From the IMG/VR virus record IMGVR_UViG_3300037264_004101, positions 1 through 55,265 of that record: 55,265 nucleotides of DNA; one strand, written 5' to 3'. Within the stretch, counting starts at the first letter, position 1; every line of letters begins with the position of its first letter. A model generated the notes under the pieces. The model did not search any database. It saw only the letters and a program-made list of their open reading frames with translations, and had not been told where the DNA came from. Of the stretch, positions 50,909 through 55,265 are shown piece by piece. A program made the translations under genes and the position numbers. This DNA is from a virus. Lineage: Duplodnaviria > Caudoviricetes.

Positions 50909-52813
50909 ATGGCGCTGTTCAGCAAGCCGGTCAAAATTCCTCGGTGGGCGGACACCGGCACCATCACGGAGCCTTCCGAGTCTCAGAAGAATTCAGGCTG
51001 GCTCTTTCAGCAAATTCCTCCCTCCGCGTTCGAGAACTGGAAAGAGAACCTGACCGGCAGCTGGTTCAAGTGGCTGAACGAACGCCTGTTCGATGGACTT
51101 GTCAGTAGCGACTTCACGGTCACGGCCGTTGCAGGAACCACTACGACAGAAGAAGGTGGCGATGTTGTCACGGAGGGGGGCAACGCCTTCAACAACGCAG
51201 GTACCACGGCGAAAGGTGGCGATTGGTTCTCTCGTGGAGGGGAGGGCTTCGGCACGGGAGCGGGAGGGGACTTCTTCGGTCGAGGGGGAAATGCGCAAAA
51301 CGCCAGCGGCGGGGTCGCTACGCTTGCGGCCGGCGACGGAAATTTCAACGGTTCACCGGCTCGTCTGTTGGGAGGCAATGCGCTCACTGCTGGAAACGGC
51401 GGAGCGGTCGATCTGCTCGGAGGCAATGCAGCCGGAACAGACCTTCAAGGCGGCACCGTCCTTCTCGAAGCGGGCAATTCGACGGGCAATCAATCATCGC
51501 GCGTCCTGTTGAGAGCTGCGAAAGGCTTAGCTTCCGGCACGGCAGTTCGGTCTGCTGAAGATTTCTTATCCGCCGACGGATCTTACAACGGCATCATCTT
51601 TTACAAAGGGATAATAACAGGCCCAGGCATCGGGGGAGAGGTGCTGAATATCGAGTCGATCAACGCCAGCGGATCGGCCGCGTATCCGCTGATGAACATC
51701 ATCGCGTCCAGCACCGCGAGCATGGTCGACGGATTCGGCGTCGCTCAAGAATTCTATTTGAAGGACATCAGCGGCGTTTACAATCGCGTAGGCGAGTTTA
51801 TCTACCAGCGCAAGAACGCAGATGACGTAGGCGTGTTCAACTTGTGGAACAACCAAGGCGGCGTCTTAGGCCGAGGCATCTACATCGACGAGGCCAGCCG
51901 CGTAGGAATAGGCCTCCCTGCAGGTGACGGCAATCCCACGCTTGCCGGCGGCTTGGTGGTCAATGGCAACCTCATCCCTCGTGATAGCGTGGGAGGTGCT
52001 CTCGGGGACGCCACTCACCGATGGTTCCGACTCGATCTGACAGCTGCGGCGAACGTTAGCGCTGTCGATGCGGTCGACGCTCAATGGCTGACGCTTCGTA
52101 CGGTCTCCGCTGGCGTCGAAACGAACCTGCTAAGAGTCCACAACGACGGCAGAATCAGTCACATAACGACAGGTTTAGCAAAACGTTACGAGGCGGCGAT
52201 AGACGGTGGCTTCGCGTCGCGCCTTGGAAATCCTTTGGCGCTGGGGAACGTTGGTTATCAGTTCTTCAACGGCGGCGGAGGCCTCCCTGGCGCCGGCATG
52301 TTCTATCGGCTGTCCGGGGCGGGGGATGGTGTTCAGTTCGCCGAGACCGGCTTCGAGCTGCTTTCTGTATGGGCTCCTCAAGGAGCAACCAATGTCACGA
52401 GTGCCGTATCCGCAGGCCGAAGGCACCCCACAGCGCATAACCAGATGGGAGGCTTCACCTGCTTCACGGTTCCCGTGCGTGCCAACGTCAACATCTCGCA
52501 TCGTAACGTGGTGGCAGTGATTTCCGGCAACGATCGAAGCGTGACACCGACGACCGCGCTAGGTCAACTGGGATCTGTAGGTGTGTGGACGGACTTGGGG
52601 GTTCTCGCCGGGGACTTTGGCCACATTGCCGTTTCCGGAGTTGTGGAGGTAGTTGCCGGAGTAGGTTTCACACGAGGGGATTATCTGCAGTGCAGCAACG
52701 TAGCGGGAGCTGTCCAACAGTTGGGAGCTTTCGGGCCGGCTTGCATTGGACTGGCTCTCACTACAGCGGGCATCGGCACTGTTGGCCAGATGCTCATTCG
52801 TTTCGGAGGATAA
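50909..52813 (+). CDS. tail fibre protein
   Basis: KP...PRWA...EPS...GW...PP...NW N-terminus, Gly-rich repeats, follows the baseplate genes. Confidence 0.78.
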   Translation: MALFSKPVKIPRWADTGTITEPSESQKNSGWLFQQIPPSAFENWKENLTGSWFKWLNERLFDGLVSSDFTVTAVAGTTTTEEGGDVVTEGGNAFNNAGTTAKGGDWFSRGGEGFGTGAGGDFFGRGGNAQNASGGVATLAAGDGNFNGSPARLLGGNALTAGNGGAVDLLGGNAAGTDLQGGTVLLEAGNSTGNQSSRVLLRAAKGLASGTAVRSAEDFLSADGSYNGIIFYKGIITGPGIGGEVLNIESINASGSAAYPLMNIIASSTASMVDGFGVAQEFYLKDISGVYNRVGEFIYQRKNADDVGVFNLWNNQGGVLGRGIYIDEASRVGIGLPAGDGNPTLAGGLVVNGNLIPRDSVGGALGDATHRWFRLDLTAAANVSAVDAVDAQWLTLRTVSAGVETNLLRVHNDGRISHITTGLAKRYEAAIDGGFASRLGNPLALGNVGYQFFNGGGGLPGAGMFYRLSGAGDGVQFAETGFELLSVWAPQGATNVTSAVSAGRRHPTAHNQMGGFTCFTVPVRANVNISHRNVVAVISGNDRSVTPTTALGQLGSVGVWTDLGVLAGDFGHIAVSGVVEVVAGVGFTRGDYLQCSNVAGAVQQLGAFGPACIGLALTTAGIGTVGQMLIRFGG

Positions 52814-52817
52814 GACC

Positions 52818-53174
52818 ATGCCTATTCAGCTCACGACACCGATCGACATGGGGGCTCTGGACTCGAACCCCTATACTCACATCATGATCACCGAGTTCAC
52901 GCTTTCGCCAAGGGCTAAGATGATTTCCGTGGTCACGCATGCGGGCTACATTTCCGGAAGCGCCTTCGTGCCGGGTCTGCAGGTTCAGGGGGTGACGGTC
53001 AAAGGCTTTCGCATCACGGATGATACAAACTCCGACCCACCGCTCATGTACTACAGTGACATGATCGATGTCGCAGTCGGCGCGGTGCCGACCCGCAAAA
53101 TTTACGATGCGGCTGCCGAAGAGCTGTATCAATGGCTCCTCGACTGCGCACACTTCGTTGGCACTTTCGTTTGA
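52818..53174 (+). CDS. hypothetical protein (possible fibre-associated protein)
   Basis: GGAGGA RBS, starts MPIQLTTP. Confidence 0.6.
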   Translation: MPIQLTTPIDMGALDSNPYTHIMITEFTLSPRAKMISVVTHAGYISGSAFVPGLQVQGVTVKGFRITDDTNSDPPLMYYSDMIDVAVGAVPTRKIYDAAAEELYQWLLDCAHFVGTFV

Positions 53175-53182
53175 GGTCTTTG

Positions 53183-53521
53183 ATGAAAACGCACAAGCAA
53201 GTGGCCGTCGAGGCCATCGAGAAGATCACGGAAACGGCAGGCAAGAGCGCCGACGTGATCGACATGCCACGCCCCTTGCCTACCGTCATCCAGCTCGTGC
53301 GCGAGGAGCTGCTGGAAGCCGAAAACCTTCGGCTCAAGATGGCGCTGCTCGGGCGCGATTTCGAGGAGGGCAAGCGCCAGCTCCGCGACCAGGACAAGGG
53401 CTGGAGGGCCAGGGTTGAGGGGCGGCTCGGCGTCGACCTTCCGAGCTATGACCTGGACCTGAACTCCGGCACGGGCCGGCTGAAAGGAGAATCAGATGGA
53501 TCCGATCAATCCCGGAACTGA
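53183..53521 (+). CDS. hypothetical coiled-coil protein
   Basis: GAGG RBS, starts MKTHKQ. Confidence 0.6.
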   Translation: MKTHKQVAVEAIEKITETAGKSADVIDMPRPLPTVIQLVREELLEAENLRLKMALLGRDFEEGKRQLRDQDKGWRARVEGRLGVDLPSYDLDLNSGTGRLKGESDGSDQSRN

Positions 53522-53954
53522 TATGCTGCTCTCGCTCTACGGCGCCCTCGGCACCGTACTAACAGCGCTTCTGAGCTGGCTCTCGGTGCGCATCGCGGCA
53601 TGGATCAAGACCAAGACTCAGAATGAGCTGGTCGGCGGAACGTTGGGGCGCTTGTCGGACTCCGTGTTCACCGCCGTCAAGCTCGTGAATCAGACGCTCA
53701 AGAAAGAGATCGAGGCCTCCAAGCTGCCGGGCAGTCCAGGCGGCACGGCCATCACTAAGGACGAAGCCACACGGTTGAAATCTGCGGCCATGGCCGTGCT
53801 TCTGGCCGAGTACGGTGGCCTTGCCGGCTTAACGAAGGTCTTGGGCGTCTTGGGGCTCACGAGCGAAGCTGCTGTGACCTCGTGGGTCGGTTCCAAGATC
53901 GAAGCTGCTGTGCATGACGTGAAAGCCGAAAACCCTCAGACGCCCGTGCGTTGA
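53496..53954 (+). CDS. membrane protein, holin-like
   Basis: N-terminal transmembrane helix; C-terminal KIEAAV motif as in LL-H-type holins. Confidence 0.55.
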   Translation: MDPINPGTDMLLSLYGALGTVLTALLSWLSVRIAAWIKTKTQNELVGGTLGRLSDSVFTAVKLVNQTLKKEIEASKLPGSPGGTAITKDEATRLKSAAMAVLLAEYGGLAGLTKVLGVLGLTSEAAVTSWVGSKIEAAVHDVKAENPQTPVR

Positions 53955-54178
53955 CGTTGGCCGTTACTCGCGGGCTCGACCAGGCCGAGAACACCACGAG
54001 CCATCTCAGCTTGGGCTTGTCCGCGTCTCTCTCAGAAGCTACTCTCGCCCTCGACTACTCCCGCCGTTTGAGTAGCGGCTTCTCTGCCTTCGCGCAGGCG
54101 CAAGCCAGCGCTCACCGCGTAGGCGGAAGGTGGGCAAACGATCTGTCCGCAATCGGAGGTCTTCGATGGGCATGGTGA
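53951..54178 (+). CDS. hypothetical small beta-strand protein
   Basis: Alternating beta pattern ending GGLRWAW; coupled to the upstream stop. Confidence 0.45.
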   Translation: MTLAVTRGLDQAENTTSHLSLGLSASLSEATLALDYSRRLSSGFSAFAQAQASAHRVGGRWANDLSAIGGLRWAW

Positions 54179-54510
54179 CTGCAGCCGTCTTCGTGGCGAC
54201 CTCGGTGGCGGTAGCCCAGGTCGGCGGCTCGCCTACCGGCAACTTATCTTATGACTTGATGGTGCAACTCGTCTCGGCCCTCGGTCCCATGGGCTTCGTC
54301 ATGTGGCTCGTGTGGCGCACCACGAACCACACCATTCCTCGTCTGGCCAAGAACTTCGAGGAGGCGCTCGACCGAGAACGCGCCGACTTCAAGAGCATCA
54401 TTACCGACCAGCGCGAGGACTTCCGCAGGGAGCTTGACCGCGAGCGCGAAATCTACTTTCGGCAGATCGGCATGCTCGAGAAGGCCGTCGAACGTTTCTC
54501 AAGGGAGTGA
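54166..54510 (+). CDS. membrane protein with coiled-coil C-terminus (lysis-associated candidate)
   Basis: Hydrophobic segments followed by a highly charged helix; start uncertain. Confidence 0.55.
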   Translation: MGMVTAAVFVATSVAVAQVGGSPTGNLSYDLMVQLVSALGPMGFVMWLVWRTTNHTIPRLAKNFEEALDRERADFKSIITDQREDFRRELDREREIYFRQIGMLEKAVERFSRE

Positions 54511-54514
54511 CTTT

Positions 54515-54715
54515 TTGGACCGCACGACAACAGTTTTTCTCATGCTGGCCGCTGCAGGGGTTCTTGTCTCCTGGGATATCTATGTCGCCTACTTCAACAA
54601 GACGCCGAACGACAAGGACACCATCTCCGGCATCGTCTTCGGCTGGGCGCGCAAGCATCCCGTGGTACCGTTCGCGTTCGGTGTGCTGATGGGTCACTTC
54701 TTCTGGGGGCAGTAG
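54515..54715 (+). CDS. small two-TM membrane protein
   Basis: TTG start after AAGGGAG; DTIS...PFAFGVLMGHFFW. Confidence 0.55.
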   Translation: MDRTTTVFLMLAAAGVLVSWDIYVAYFNKTPNDKDTISGIVFGWARKHPVVPFAFGVLMGHFFWGQ

Positions 54716-54716
54716 C

Positions 54717-55031
54717 ATGCATCTCGAAAAGCTCGAGCGCCTCGGTGTGCTCTACATGCAGGGTGACAGGCTGCCTAAGATTCAAGGAGCCATCGAAGAC
54801 GTGGATCTGACAGGACACACAGTCATGCTTCACCTGCTGCGCCCGACGACGGTGCTTGTGAAGAACGCCACGCTGACAGATGCCGTAAACGGCCTGTTCG
54901 AGTTCGCTTGGGCGACCGGGGACCTCGTGGCGGGCGTCGGCCAAGAGGCATCCCTTCGGTTACAGAATCCCTCAGGTCTAGTTCAGACCCTAGGGCGGTT
55001 TCTGATTGACGTGCTGGAACTGCCGGTATGA
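54717..55031 (+). CDS. BppU-N-like virion protein
   Basis: QGDRLP, VDLTG.TV and DAVNG...F.W..GD. Confidence 0.6.
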   Translation: MHLEKLERLGVLYMQGDRLPKIQGAIEDVDLTGHTVMLHLLRPTTVLVKNATLTDAVNGLFEFAWATGDLVAGVGQEASLRLQNPSGLVQTLGRFLIDVLELPV

Positions 55032-55213
55032 AAGTGACACTGACACTGGAATCAGGGTCTCCCAGCATGGGAGCACGGAGACTGGTCTTCCTCGTGCCGC
55101 AGCCTCGCATCGACGTTTTGCCAGAAGCAGCCTCCACGCTTCGATTCACCGACGGCGACACACGAGTGTCCTTGGCTGTCAGGATTCGACCACGGAGCAT
55201 CGACTATGCCTAA
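55028..55213 (+). CDS. hypothetical protein
   Basis: 61 aa, ATGA overlap with the upstream gene. Confidence 0.4.
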   Translation: MKVTLTLESGSPSMGARRLVFLVPQPRIDVLPEAASTLRFTDGDTRVSLAVRIRPRSIDYA

Positions 55214-55265
55214 GCTGCCGCGCATCTATTACGTGGAGGACGACAGGCTTCCTGATCTGGCTGTC
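55206..55265 (+). CDS. 3'-truncated ORF, probable paralog of 54717..55031
   Basis: MPKLPRIYYVEDDRLPDL resembles LYMQGDRLPKI. Confidence 0.45.
   Translation, partial: MPKLPRIYYVEDDRLPDLAV

Noticed and set aside
1-55265. Prophage or lysogeny module, tRNAs, reverse transcriptase or DGR
   Set aside because: I recognised no integrase, repressor pair, tRNA, reverse transcriptase or host genes. The genome is incomplete at both ends, so absence is not proven.

Overview
This window is most of the genome of a GC-rich tailed dsDNA phage with a contractile (myovirus-type) tail. ORFs run off both ends, and I see no integrase, repressor or RNA polymerase. The plus strand (25.4-55.3 kb, apparently continuing at 1-5.1 kb) carries a 7-deazaguanine DNA-modification cluster (ParB-like, DpdA/TGT-like, queC, queD, queE, folE), terminase, portal, head, tail, baseplate, fibres, membrane/lysis genes and an amidase endolysin. 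The minus strand (5.1-24.8 kb) carries early and replication genes: primase-helicase, PD-(D/E)XK nuclease, SF2 helicase, SSB, a family A DNA polymerase with a Gln-terminal LAGLIDADG intein, MazG, RuvC, DUF932 and an Acb2/Tad1-like sponge. The most striking element is at 8.7-10.3 kb on the minus strand. Three type II hammerhead ribozymes fill the three intergenic gaps of a four-gene operon downstream of a strong promoter, each starting at a stop codon and ending just before the next RBS. Two of them pair better with each other's halves than with their own, in both stem II and the loop-loop contact. This suggests ribozyme-delimited gene cassettes, acting through mRNA excision or circularisation, or acquired by recombination within the ribozyme core. 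Products are assigned by motif recognition only; no database searches were run.
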